Shown: one piece after another, positions 11,817 to 27,400 of the stretch | How positions within the stretch are numbered: position 1 is the first letter of the stretch | How the letters are laid out: each line of letters opens with the position of its first letter | Assembly: GCA_049724395.1 (NCBI GenBank) | Contig: JAUGWO010000048.1 | Location: 1-64,000 of the forward strand | DNA from: Spongospora subterranea f. sp. subterranea | Taxonomy: Eukaryota | Direction of reading: 5' to 3' | Length of the DNA stretch: 64,000 bases | Notes under the pieces: generated by a model | The model's input: the letters and a program-made list of their open reading frames with translations, nothing else | The model's database searches: none | Told to the model about the DNA's origin: nothing | Translations under genes and position numbers: made by a program

Positions 11817-13054
11817 ATGATATCGTCAATAATCCGAGCACGATTGCCGAGGTCAATAGGGAGTCGCTTGTTCTCAGCGACTCCCACTCGGCAAGCACGC
11901 CAGAAACCGGTTGGCCAAGAGCAGCGACCAACGCATCGTCATCACCCTGAGAAAGTCTTCACCATTTCCGACCTGTCTGCGGCAGATATCGATCTGATTC
12001 TGAAGCGCGCCATCGAACTGAAACGGTCTCCCGATTTTGGGGGAAATGCACTTCGATATCGCACAGCCGTGATCGTGATGGGTCGGCCGTCGATGCGAGC
12101 GCAGCTGTCGTTTGAGGTGGCGATGGCCCAGCTGGGTGGACGAGCGGTCACCTATCGGATGAGCGATCTGGCCCATGATTCGTCGGCCGGGTCGCTGACG
12201 GAGGCGTCCGTCATCTTCAGCACGTACGCCGACCTGGTCATATCGGCACTCGACCGCGAGGACGCCCTGGACGAGCTGGCCAAACCCAGTCGAATACCCT
12301 TGATCAATGCCGAGGATGTCAAAGGGAATCCTTGCCAAGGTCGGTCAAACCGTCAACAATCGTCAGCGTCATTGGTTAACTACAGCGGGGGCGTTTTCCA
12401 ACAGTCCTCACCGACCTGATGACCATTTTCGAAAGGAAGGGGGACCTGTCCGGATTGAAATTGGCGTACTTGGGCGATCTGAATCGGGGTTTGGCCAGCG
12501 ACCTTGCTCGGGTGTCCTGCATGATGGGCATCAAGATGGTCGCCGCCAACCTGTTCCATACGAACATCTCTCCAACCCTGAAAGAAGCCATAGAAAACGT
12601 ATCCGGCTGGTAGTCGGCGAACGGTCGATCAGGTTTACTGAGATGATGTGATTAGGACTGCCCGCGATTGGTTCAAGGTGGACCGGGCGAAGCGCGCTTC
12701 ACCGACGACCCTCTGGAAGCCGTAACGGACGCCGACATCATCTACACGGACGCATGGATGACGTTCGATTCGTCGGAAAGCACCGACGCCCGCTTCTCGG
12801 AGCCCGTCATGAACATGCAGATTACCGAGAACCTGATGAGCCGAGCGTCTCAGGACGCGTTCTTCATGCATTGCCTGCCGTGCACCGGAAACACGTGCGA
12901 AACGGCGGCAGCCCATATTGAGGGGAACGAGTCGATCGTGTTCGATCAGACCTATAATCGCCTGCACGTTCAAAAGGCGCTACTATTGCACCTGACCAGG
13001 TTCGGGAAATTCCCACCGCACGAGCCTGAAAATCAGAGACATCGCAGGGATTAG
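11817..13054 (+). CDS. Divergent ornithine carbamoyltransferase-like protein with mitochondrial-type presequence
   Basis: SFEVAMAQLGG, NPCQVLTDLMTI, DIIYTD, FMHCLP and SIVFDQTYNRLHVQKALL. Introns 12340-12404 and 12599-12655 give a continuous frame. The N-terminus is Arg/Ser-rich. Confidence 0.88.
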
Positions 13055-13316
13055 AAATCGGGCACCGCTATCTCATATCTCGCGCGATAAAAACAAAAGA
13101 GCCATCGATAATCATTACCGACTCGGAAATGGAAACAACATTTTGTGGATTAGTTGGACCATGGAAAGTTACACGAAATTCTGTACTCGCCCACGTCCGG
13201 TTTGGTTGAGAGACGATTGAGAGAAAATTTGGCGGTTTTTGCGGTTTTCGCGGACAATTCGTGACTCAGACGCCCGTGGCCAGAAAATTGCTGAAAAGGC
13301 CGATTCGGTGGTGGCG

Positions 13317-14390
13317 ATGGACCCGATTCCCACGGCTAGGCAGGTGCTGAACTGCCAAATTCACGAGTGGTATCCGAGGCACAGACGGTGGACGATTCGG
13401 AGCGATATTATCGACCTGTCCAGGGCGTTCCTCGAATATCTGAACGAAGATGCGTTCTTTCTGCCGCCTGGCGCCCGTGACTCGTTGCACGCCGATGACG
13501 ACGACGCCGATTCGGACGCGTCGTGGTCTTCAGATAGCGTTTCCGCAGAGGAAACCCGTGCTGATCCATTTCCCGAGGTTGATTTGATCAGAAACTCGAT
13601 CAACAAGCTGAACGGCGCCGTTTTTCCTAAACTGAACTGGAGCTGTCCTCGTGATGCAACATGGATCGCATGTACAGGAACGTTGAAATGTGTCACACCG
13701 GGCGATGTCCTGCTGCTCTTGAAAGCGTCCGAATTTATACAGCACGACCTCACACAACCGTATGGCAACTTCAAACCCCTTCGTTTCTGACTCCCCCATC
13801 AATTCTAACCCGGCGCCATTTGCAGGTTCGAAACGTGCAGCGATGATGGACACCCCGCTGACAGTATCCAGTACAAGCTCTGCCTTCGTCAATGGGTCGA
13901 TATCCAAACATCTCGTGAATTCCGCTGTTTTATTATCAGGCGAGCGCTGGCCGCTGTTTCACAGCGAGATCATGCTAATTTCTACCCATCCCTGCAAGAC
14001 GACGGTGTCATCGATCGCATTCGCTTGGCAATCCAGGAATTTTTCACGGCAAGGGTCCTCGATAATTTTCCCGATGATGATTTCGTCATGGATGTCTATA
14101 TTGGACCTGACAATATGGTCGTTCTAATCGATTTCAATCCGTTCTCGCTGGTGACAGATTCCCTGTTGTTTGATTGGCCGGAGCTATACGACATGAAAGC
14201 CAACCTGGACGAGACACAGGTTCTGGCCGAATTCAGGATATGCCACGAGCAACCCGCGATGACCCCTGCGTCGACAATGTCGTATGGTTTCCCCAAGGAT
14301 ATCACACATGTTCGATCTGCCGCCGATATCGACCGATTTGCGGCAATGGCATCGACACTGTCACAAGTGGATGATGATAATAATATATAG
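13317..14390 (+). CDS. CDC123: Cell division cycle protein 123 (D123 family ATP-grasp)
   Basis: VLNCQIHEWYP, VFPKLNWSCPRDATWI, LLLKASEFIQHDL and VLIDFNPF..TDSLLFDW. One intron at about 13760-13826. Confidence 0.93.
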
Positions 14391-14632
14391 GTCAACACTA
14401 CACTAGTTGGCAAACCTCGGACCAATTTCGGGTCGACGCGTCAAATGCTTCAGTTTTGATACCAATTTTTTTTACGAAACCTAAGCTGGTACAACGATTT
14501 TCCTGAACAAACATTGTCTCTAAGGAGTACCAAAGGTAGGCGTTCCTCGAGATCAAGGGAGTAAAAATACAATATTTTCGAGTCAGAATTGCGTTTCACT
14601 AAAGCCGCAACAAAAAAGAACATGTCCATTGA

Positions 14633-16354
14633 TCATATTGGATTACTCAATAATATTTGAATGTCAGCAGCTACTTCCGCTGCATTTGCTGGCTCGGTGA
14701 ACAGGGAAGCATCAAACTCCAGCGCGGCAAGCAGCAGAATTCCCTCATTGCCCATAAAGTAGACCAGATGGCCAAGTGCAAGCAACATCCGATATTTTGC
14801 AGCGGCGTTATTTTCAACACCTACTGCCTCGTTGACTGCTGAAATCAACTGAACGCCGATATCGTCGTGGTCTTCTGCGTCAGTTGGCTCAAAATGTAGG
14901 TGCAAGGAGCAGTTGTATCTGAAAGTTTTGTAAAAACGCCAAAGCCAGAATTAACCCATACGAGACTAACATGACTATGGCCGCCATCATTCTTGTCAGT
15001 GGCTGTTGCGACCTGAGAGGGCCGAGCATATACTCAGTGGTTCGAGGATCTATGGCCAGATGATACGAATCCGTGCCGTAAGAGAGAAGATTGCTTAGAG
15101 AGCAAAGCGCCATTAGAACCACAGAGGTTGGACAATCTTCGCTACAGAATCGATGAAGTCCGAAAATTGATTCAAACTCGGAATCCAAAAAACTTTTAGC
15201 GACAGACCGAACGCTTACTGCTAGACGGAATAAAGCCAGAAGGGCGAATGATTTGTCAACTGGAGAATTGCAAATCAATCGATTGAAGACCTTGACGCAG
15301 TCATTGGTGGGGTTTGGCTGATCTCTTTCTAGCTGATCGACGAGATCAGAAAGAATTTTCAGTTCTCTAGCAGACTGAGAAAGTAGCGGATGCGATTGCA
15401 GCTGCGCAAAAAACTTTCTTGCGTTTTTGTCGATAGATGTTAGCGGACTCGATGCTGCTGAAATATGACGAAGCGACAAATTTGGGAAAGGAACAGGTCG
15501 GGATTTGCGGTTAGGGCTTATCCGGCTTGTACTACAGTAGGTTATGGAAGATGCTCTCTCTGCTACGTTTGCGGCAACTTACGTGGATGACGACGCAGAG
15601 GGAAGTGAAATGGGGACGGGAGCCAGTTCGGGTTGTTGCCATGGTACGAACCCACCGCCGGCGTTCGCTCGCATCTGGCGCTCGGATTGCTCGATTACAG
15701 GACCTAACATTGCACCTTGAAACAATTTGAGATGGCGGCCATGATTCGTTTAATATGCAATAACAACCTAGCGGCGTGTTGATAACTTCAGCAGGTAATC
15801 CGGTGATGAAGGAGGGAATCGGTTGACCGGTTAAAAAGATGGACACCTTTGACCAGATATCAACAAACAACAACACATACCCTATCCCATATTGCCTTAC
15901 TTCGTTAGCGAAATTATTACAATTATGGTATAGTAAACTATAGGTTTCCGCTGTAAATCTATGTGAAATTTGCCGAAGGAATGCTACGAAGCGGGGTTGG
16001 CTGACATTCTATTCCAATTTGATCATTGATTAGCACAAAATGTCCAACGAGACGGGATTTGACAGAGCCATAAAAATACCGTATCGCCCATATTTATGAT
16101 CCGAACGGGTGTTCCGGCCATTGTCCCGCCAGGAGCTGCACTTTGTATCCCTCCGCCATAGAAATACTCTCTACCGAACACGACGACGCCGGAATGCCAG
16201 ATGCCGTCGATTTCGCGTCCCAGCAGCATTGGTGATAGCTGTTTGGCCATTCCCTGATTTGCAAAACGGGTTATTCAGGCGCAATGAGCAGGCTCGACGA
16301 GGTTGATCCATGCACCTGTGATAAATCATAAAGATATATCTCAACCGATGTCAT
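14633..16354 (-). CDS. PPPDE/DeSI isopeptidase with C-terminal PUL domain
   Basis: IYLYDLSQG, GIWHSGVVVFGREYFYGGGI and YSLLYHNCNNF (His/Cys dyad), followed by a helical PUL-like C-terminus (FALLALFRL, YRMLLALG). Confidence 0.88.
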
Positions 16355-17033
16355 TTCCCAATAATTCACAAATGACTCAATTTGGAAACGCAACGACCCG
16401 CGTCTACCCGATACCTACCACTGTCAGCGCAACACTCTGTGTGATGCCAACTGTGTACACTACAGTAGCAATTGAGTTGACTGAGGGGCGATCAGTGCTA
16501 CCTATGTACACATGTTGACACTGACCACTGTGGTTTCTCTGTTTATCTCGGCCGTTAAACCACCATGTGTTCTTGATTTGATTGAACGTTTGTACTGGGC
16601 GGGGGCCACGCCAGACGGATTATGATCATGTCGTGTTTGAAGTATGATCAAGGAAATTGGGCAGTTTATTGGTCGACGAGATCCAGCGTTGGGAAGGATG
16701 ACAAATGAGGGGAAATGCCAAGCAACAGATGACCAGGCTGACATCAAACTCGCGGGTCTTCTTTTTTTGTTGACCAAATTCGTGATTGGAACGGTTATGA
16801 CCATTGGGCTCCGGAATCGCGACCAGATTGGATGGAAGATGTTGTTCATGGGTTTTCGTGTGATTGAAACAAACATGCCATTGAACCGATTGTTTGACTG
16901 AAAATCTCCACTGACCTGATGCTAAGCAACAAAATCAACCAAAACAACGTTCCGTAGCCGACACACGGGATAAACTGGAGAACGGTTAGCCGAGTTTGGC
17001 GCCGCTGAAATCAGTCCTTGACTGCCGGAAGCG

Positions 17034-18140
17034 TTGCTGCAGACGTTTCTCATCTTAAGAAATATTGTGGTCGAAAGAAGAAACAAGTCGATAAGACAGC
17101 GAGAGACCCTTAGAGGAATTGCTGGGGCGACAGGAATTCCTCTTTCTACTTTGCACAGAAATGTAAGAAGTGGAATCATTCGTCACCATACCAGTTCTTG
17201 CGATTTTTCATTTCAAAGCTACAACAAGATTCCACAGCAACTTCCCTGAAATTTTCAGGAGCTGTACGATGTTCGTCCACATTGACGAGAAGTGGTTCTA
17301 TTTGACGACGAACTTCAGAGTCAGGGGTTTGCGAACTTTGAAAAACTGGTTGCACTCTCGCACGAGCATGACTTTCTCAGAGGAAGCAGCGGTTTCTATG
17401 CACTCTGCTCAATATCAACATCGCCGGAGTGTGCGATGCTGATTGGCAAGCACTTGTTCATAAAGCCATCACCAGTGAAGATTCCCAATTGAATCTTGCG
17501 GAATGGAATGCAGAAACCGCTGCTTCCTTTGAGAAAGTCATGCTCCTGCGGGAGTGCAACCAGTTTTTCAAAGTTCGCAAACCCCTCACTCTGAAGTCCG
17601 TCGCAGGAGCGGTTGGCAAATGCGGTACGTTGAATCCTGTCGGTTCCATTCGATTTTGACTTCATTCATTCAGAAATGGCAACGGGGCTCCTTCTTATAA
17701 CGTATACAACCTGACTGTCGATGAAGAGTTGCCCAACCGCACCTGCCAAAGCAAGTCTTTCATCGACAAGGTGATGTTCTTTAATAGCCGTTCCTAGGCC
17801 TAAATTTAACAACAGTTCTTGATGTTTTACTGGAAAAATCGGTCTCTGGCCATTTGTTGTCAGAGAACCTGCAAAATGTTGAACCAAGAATCGAACCAAA
17901 GGAACACTTGTCACGAAATTTATTGTGGTCGATAGAAAACGTTTCTGGATGCTCTGATTACCAAAGTCATCCCCGCAATCAAGTCAAAGTTTTCTAAGAA
18001 CGCACCAATTTTCATACAACAAGATAATGCTCGACCGCACATTAAGCCAGACAACGAGGATTTTATCAAGACTGCTCAGAGCGATGGATACGACATACGT
18101 TTAGTATGTCAGCCGCCGAACAGCCGGATATGAACGTGTT
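17034..18140 (+). mobile_element. Degenerate DD39D mariner transposase interrupted by an insertion
   Basis: TLRGIAGATGIPLSTLHR, VHIDEKWFYLT, KVMFL, GKIGLWPFVV, IQQDNARPH and CQPPNS, with stops and frameshifts. Confidence 0.9.
17312..17597. repeat. Inverted repeat (arms about 86 bp) inserted in the transposase
   Basis: 17312-17397 is the reverse complement of about 17513-17597. Confidence 0.9.
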
Positions 18141-19163
18141 ACCTAGATCTGAGAAATTGATGATTTAATAGGATTATGGGACTAAAACACGACAGGATCA
18201 GGTCAAAAATGAAGATATCCTGCTGAGGGTATATCACCAATACAGGGGCACGATATCCGATAGTATCAAACTACGATCATTTTTCCATTCATTCACTCGG
18301 TATGTTATCGATCAGACCACAACCGAACATAGCCAAACAATCAACGTGGCGCAATTCAGAATATGTTCGCAACCTTAATTCGAATGAATCGATTTTCTGA
18401 ATTCAAATTTCCATTGGAACCTGGACATCAGTAGTCGACAATGGATCAACGAAACCAAAAGACATTGAGGTTAAAATCGAGATGGATCAATGTGAACACG
18501 ACTCAAAGGCAAATAATTAATCGTATCAGAAAATGATGCGAACTATTATCTGATCGACAATCAGATCAAGGTCGATCAATATCGGCAAGCATCGTTTATA
18601 TTCAGCACGAATATCGAGTCAAGAAAAGGGCAAATCGTGATAAAATTGCAGGGGCAAAACTGTAGTTGACTGGTCAAAACTGCAAAAAATCTACCGAATC
18701 CCGATGGAAGACCAACTGCTGATTGGTGATGCCGGCTTGAGATGCATTGAGCATATCATGAATAAACTTCAACACCTCGTCATGGCCTCGCCTTTCAATG
18801 AAATCGTAGATATGACACGCCCATGGCAATACCATCGGAAAACAGCTGTTGGGTATTTTCACCAACAGGCTGAATCAATCAGCACCAAGAACGCCTGCAC
18901 AACCAGTCGTGTCAAATGATACGCAACTCGTTATCAATATGGTTTCCGTTCAAGGTTCATAGATTCCCGATTCATCTCCTCGTCACGAGTCTCGAACCCA
19001 AACATCATCGTATGGCTGGACTGATTTTTGTTTACACCGTACAATTCCGTAATAATTAATTGCCACATTTTTCCCAGTAAAAGGTTAGGAATGCTGGGCG
19101 ATAGACACGAACACACCTTTTCGCCATCAATAATTCCTATGCTCCTTGAGGAGAAGGCGCTGA

Positions 19164-21935
<2,772 letters not shown>

Positions 21936-22237
21936 TTGACAGGTCAAAACATCACCCGATGCTGATCGTTTCTTTATTCTACAATAAATCAGTTAATAGT
22001 TGTCGAATGCCCACATCTCGTCCTTATCTAATCTTCGTTATATGCCTATACTATCGTAATACGGTAATGATGCGGATAAAAGTCAACACTTGGTACAAAA
22101 ATGGCGAAACACCGACGATTCGGGACCTTCGCACTGCATATGCAAAGCAACTTATATATAGGCGAATATGTGGATTGGACGGTGCAAGATGTGTTGAGAG
22201 ACGGTTGCGGACGATGCAAGCAAAAAATACCCATTAT

Positions 22238-22555
22238 TTACTGTTGAAGTTCCTGCATGCCTCCTTGACCTTTCAGTTGCTTATCAAGCTCCATGAGCGA
22301 AGCCTCCCTTTCGATAGATAGCGCCAAAGGAAATCCGACAATCAGGAACGTCGTTGCCGCAATCCACGCAAACGACCCGGCTTTCATCAGCGCGGTCGAC
22401 GAATATGTCTTGATCGTGCGCATACTTGGGCTGATACTATCTGATATTCGATTGAGAAACGAATCGGCTTCGTCTTCCGACTCGTACTCCGACTCGTATT
22501 CTTCCGATTCGACGAAAAGCCGATCTGTGACGTCTTCCACCCGTGACGATGCCAT
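22238..22555 (-). CDS. TOM22: Mitochondrial import receptor Tom22
   Basis: 105 aa with an acidic N-terminus and TM segment AWIAATTFLIVGFPLALSIERE. Confidence 0.85.
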   Translation of the reverse strand: MASSRVEDVTDRLFVESEEYESEYESEDEADSFLNRISDSISPSMRTIKTYSSTALMKAGSFAWIAATTFLIVGFPLALSIEREASLMELDKQLKGQGGMQELQQ

Positions 22556-23336
22556 TCCGGTCGTCGAAACTGCCCTGTAACCTCAGTTCAAGTTCAGGAC
22601 GATGTTACTGTTGGAGCCACCGGAGACACCCCTGTGCGGACTTCGCACAACCGTACTCCTTACGCGGTTACGCCAGCATCACTCCAGAATGCCAGATCAA
22701 TATCAGAGCAAAATCAGACAAAATCAAATTGCATCGGTGAGGAGAAAGACGCGAAACATCGAATTTCTGTTTATAGTTCAGTATCAGTTGGATCCAGTGA
22801 TCCGATGTCGAGTCCTTGGACGCACAGTGCCCTCGAAAGCGATTCATTGAACTTCTGAGCATTTCCCGGACGCACGCTTTGCGATGCTTGAAACAACGGA
22901 ATGAGATATTCCAAGTAACAGTGCCTCGCTCTTTGCCGTGATGATACAGAGTTTATCCAGTGAATGAGGGCACCGCACTGTGTCTACCCAACCCGTCTAT
23001 CTGGGCGGCAAACAATCTTATTCGTGCTCAAGCTTGTTCCGTTCTTGTAACTTCTAGTATTATTAATTCTGCGTTCACAAAGATTCTCCTTGAAAAGGAT
23101 ATGTTGGAATAAAAGGACTACCATGTACACCCTACCCCTGTGCTCCCTCACTCATTACTTTCTTCATCTGTGAGTTTGCAGAGGGCTGTATATTTCGTGA
23201 GCAAGCGTAGAACTTCCAGTCTAAGAGGGATTTTGCCGCAATCAAAGTCTGCCTTTCACCATGTCTCATCTTGTGCTCTGGCAACATGGAACCCCGATGG
23301 TACTGTAGTCCGCAGTGAGGCTCTACACATTGCGTT

Positions 23337-23404
23337 GACACCCTGACCGAGAGACACTGAGACCAGTGCGTCTGACACCCTGACCGAGACATTGAGACCT
23401 TGAC
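23337..23404. repeat. Short imperfect tandem duplication
   Basis: TGACACCCTGACCGAGA...CA[CT]TGAGACC occurs twice. Confidence 0.7.
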
Positions 23405-23745
23405 CAACTGTGACTAATTGGCCCTACACACTAATAGAGATTTGACGGCCAACCATCAGTCACATTTCCCCTACTCGTTAGATGCGTTGGGACATGCTCA
23501 ATTTGGGCAAATTCCGGCAAATTTCCAGTAAATTCAAAAAGGGATCTATGCAATCATCGTTAGTGCTGATTACTATAAATATTTTCGGTGAGCCAACAAA
23601 TAAGCGTTCGGTGTATAGATTGTCGGAGGGGGCACTTCATGACGATATTTGCGCGTCGCTGCCTTTGTTGGAAACGTCGGGGTTCGGAAAGAAAAATATT
23701 CCAAGTGAAACCAAATCTGCGGTTTCTCCTCGATCGCCATCCACA

Positions 23746-24252
23746 ATGAATAAGCAGCATCGTTCCGATGGGTAAACATCATTACCCAAAATCTTGCTGA
23801 GAAAATGAACGACTGATGGCAGGATCTGCCCTATCCACCTGCTAGCAGAGTTTGGTGAAAGCAGCGAACAATTGCATCGCGAGCTTCAAAAAGATCCTGG
23901 TTGTGCCAATCTGGCCACTAAAGTATTTTGATACTCCAAAGCAGTTTTTCGATCGCACGTTCTAAATGTGTTGAACTAGCTTGGATGGACTGCAATCCAT
24001 TTTGCCAGCTGGAGGGGACGTGTCGATCTGATGCGCGTTTTGGTTGAAATTGGAAAAGCAGATATTACCGTATGCGACAAATTTGGATGGACACCTTTGC
24101 ACTGCTGTGCGCAAAACGGGCATGTTGAAGCGTGTCGATATTTGATCAACCAATGCGGTTCAGATCCAAGTATTTTAATGCCGCAGATTGAGACGCTGCC
24201 AGTCAACATTCAGATTTTTCTTAGAAAGATAACTAAAACTGCAATTAATTAA
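23746..24252 (+). CDS. Small ankyrin-repeat protein
   Basis: CPIHLLAEFG, GWTAIHFASWRGRVDLMRVLV and GWTPLHCCAQNGHVEACRYLI joined by two short introns. The start is uncertain. Confidence 0.85.
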
Positions 24253-24407
24253 CTGGGACAAAGGAGTCTTGGAAGGTAGAGGGTTTGATTTTACATGAAA
24301 ATGTTATCATACGTCTAATCCTGGCTGTGGTCGTGCATGTCTGAATAATAAATTTGGCAGGATTAACATCTTCGCACAGAGCTGCAAAGCGCATTAGCAG
24401 CGCAGAT

Positions 24408-27400
24408 TCATATCCATGCTGCCCATCCTTCGAACATGATTGCAAGATTGTGCTTATTTGTAGCTTCTTTAACGCGTTTGGTAACAGTCATATCATCACC
24501 GCACTCGAGCTTCATCTCAACACCTTTCAGTGCTGCTTCAGCTGCGGAAGAGGCATTTCGCATTTCGCTTGGAATTTCACTCGATTTAATAAACGTCTTC
24601 AGACCTGCAAACAAAGCCGAAAAAAGTTGCCGCCCATCAGCAACGGATAAGTTCCTGAAATGAACGTTGATGAAAGAATTGGTGATGCAGTAACACAAAC
24701 AATACCATTCTCCATTTTGGGAAAGAACGCCTGATATCGAGTCGTGAAGCTTTTCCCAATCGATACGAAGCTGTTGCGCAGCCGGCGAATCATAGCGGCA
24801 GAGACGCTGAAGCAGTGGACGAATGGAAGCTGTCCAAAGAGACTGCAGAGATGATATAATTTGTAGATCTTCGGGCGGCAGCTCCTGCATAGAATAAATA
24901 CGATTTTCGCGAAAAACACAATATTTCTTACCGGCAACATTTTGCGATTTTCTAGACTCTCTAAGGCATCCAAATCACTTTTCAGTGATTGTGCTTGGGC
25001 ACGAAGAGATGGAAGCTTTTGTATCAAGACTTTAGCATTATTCTATAGTGAAAGTTGACGCGTTGAAGTGAAAACGGAAGAGCAGTCTATAGATCAAACC
25101 TGTTGCTGAAGAAGACCTGTTGGAGGTTTTTTTACGCTGCACGAATTTGAGCCCTCAACAGTGGCTACTTTTTTCCTCATTTCATTGACGCTGCATGACA
25201 AACATCAGCGATTTTTTTGACATCTTCGTAGTAGCAAACCGATTGATTTTCTCAATGATATCGGGTAATTCGATAATCGACTTTTCGGCGTTTGAAATAT
25301 CTCGATTTTCACGGCAGCGAGTTCAGCAGTCTTTTTTCGAATGCCGTGTTCGCTTAGCAAGTGCTCAGATAAACTCGACACATATCGCAACCAAGGAGAC
25401 TGGTTTCCAAGGGCCCACGAATGTAGGTGCTCAATCTGAAGACGGGATCGTTGCAGCCTTTCGATCAATAATGCATGAATCATCAAGCGGTCAGCGGACC
25501 GCCGCTGTAGCGATGTTTGAATGGAGGGAAAATCATATTTCAAACTTGTCTAGTGGGCACATACCAAAATCTTGCTACTGCGCGGATGTGACCATTCGAA
25601 CAATGGGTTGTTACGAAAGGATTGCAGAATTGTTAGTATATGTACTCGCTGATTTCTACAGATAGAAAAAACCCTCTCCATAAGACGAATAAACTCGCCG
25701 TTTAGCAGCGCCAGAGGCCCCAAGGCACGACAAAGCGAAGGAGTCAACCGAAACGGAACAGTTTCGGGAACTCGAAGAGAAAGTCCTCCTTCAAAACAAA
25801 CCTTAAAGGCGATAAGCAATAGATAAGAATTGAAAACACTTGGATACCGCGAAATCGATATGAATTAATTCACCAGTTTCTAGCTTGACAAGAATATTGC
25901 CAAGATGACGATCTAATATAGAATAAGAAGTAACCATATACGAAAAATAGACTGGTTGTACCGCCAACTCCAAGAATGTATCCGATAACTGATGATGATG
26001 CCATGGTTGATGTAAACGTGCAACGCTTATGAAAATTGTCTTCGGCGCTGACCGAGGTCAACGCCAACTGGGTTTCCAAAACGGAGTCATCTGTTGATGC
26101 AAGAAGCGTTTCGTAAAGTTCATCGGCCAGACCAGTAGGCCATTCTCTGATAAATGGAATACACGTCAGATAAGATCGATGCGATAAAACATAATTGACC
26201 TTCTGGGTAACGAGATAGGCAGATTAAGCGATTGAAGCTTCTCGTGGAGTTTGGAGGTGAAAATTTGAGCCGGAGTAGATTCCGCAATATCTTGCTGCTC
26301 CTCGTCGGGGTAGCCTTGGCTGCCAGCGGCACCCCGATGAATTGCAGCCTGACCAAACCGGTGGAGTCGAAATAACGAGACCGCATCGTCAATCATGTGA
26401 ATCATCCCACATTGAGAGGAGATAGTTGTTACAGTATACGCAGGAGGCAAGCAGTGCACCTGGACAATATAACACTTAGACACGAAGAATTCAGCAAGAC
26501 TACGATAACGCCTACGCCTGTAGAATTAGAGCCATCGCTTAGGCAATGATTAACATATGCGCTAATTTGGAGCACCCGTTGATCAATATTCAAATCTTCT
26601 CTTCCCTTAAGAAGATACGTATACAAACAACCATCAGTGCCCCTAAAGGTGATTGATTTTGGACGCGTTTTGGTTTTTAAGATTTCAAGAGAAGGACGAG
26701 ATAATCCGGCAAGTTGAGCGCCAACGGGCATCCCCGGGATTCGGAAAACCGCGGGACTGGGAACCGAGGTAAATGAAGGCGACGCATTAGTAATCAATAC
26801 TAGAACAAGTCTTAACTCAACCGAAAACGTCAACAGATGCACAATACGAACCCTCAGAAAGCTGATGCATTTCTTGATGCATCCCCTTTAGCTGATGAAT
26901 AAGCGAAGAAAGCAGCAATTTGGATTCTATTGATGATCAGCTATTTCCAACAATAGTGATGCGAAACGGTACCAATATATTCAGGAGCAAGCTTTAGTGG
27001 AAGGTTCAGTATTGACATGACCGATTGCATAGCATGACGGTAACGTCGTTGGAAAACACGATTGTGCAAACATACGGAAACTGAGGACGAAAGATCAAAT
27101 AAATCCTGTAGACGTGTAAGGAGAGGATTAATAACAAGGTCGCGACCAAACCTGGAAACTAGAAAGGACCGAACTCATAACTCGAAGATATGCATCAGCA
27201 AAAGGTTGCCCACCAACACACTCTTCTATCCACCATCGCCAGCGCAAAGGGATCTCCGATATCAGATGCGGCAGCGTTTCGATCCACACATCCTCCAAAA
27301 ACACAGAGCACTCTCTCACACTTTGGCTGAACCGAGATATTTGCGAACAAAGCTCGGGGCGCGTTTCCTGGCTACTTCGTTAGGTTTTAGCGAATGCGAA

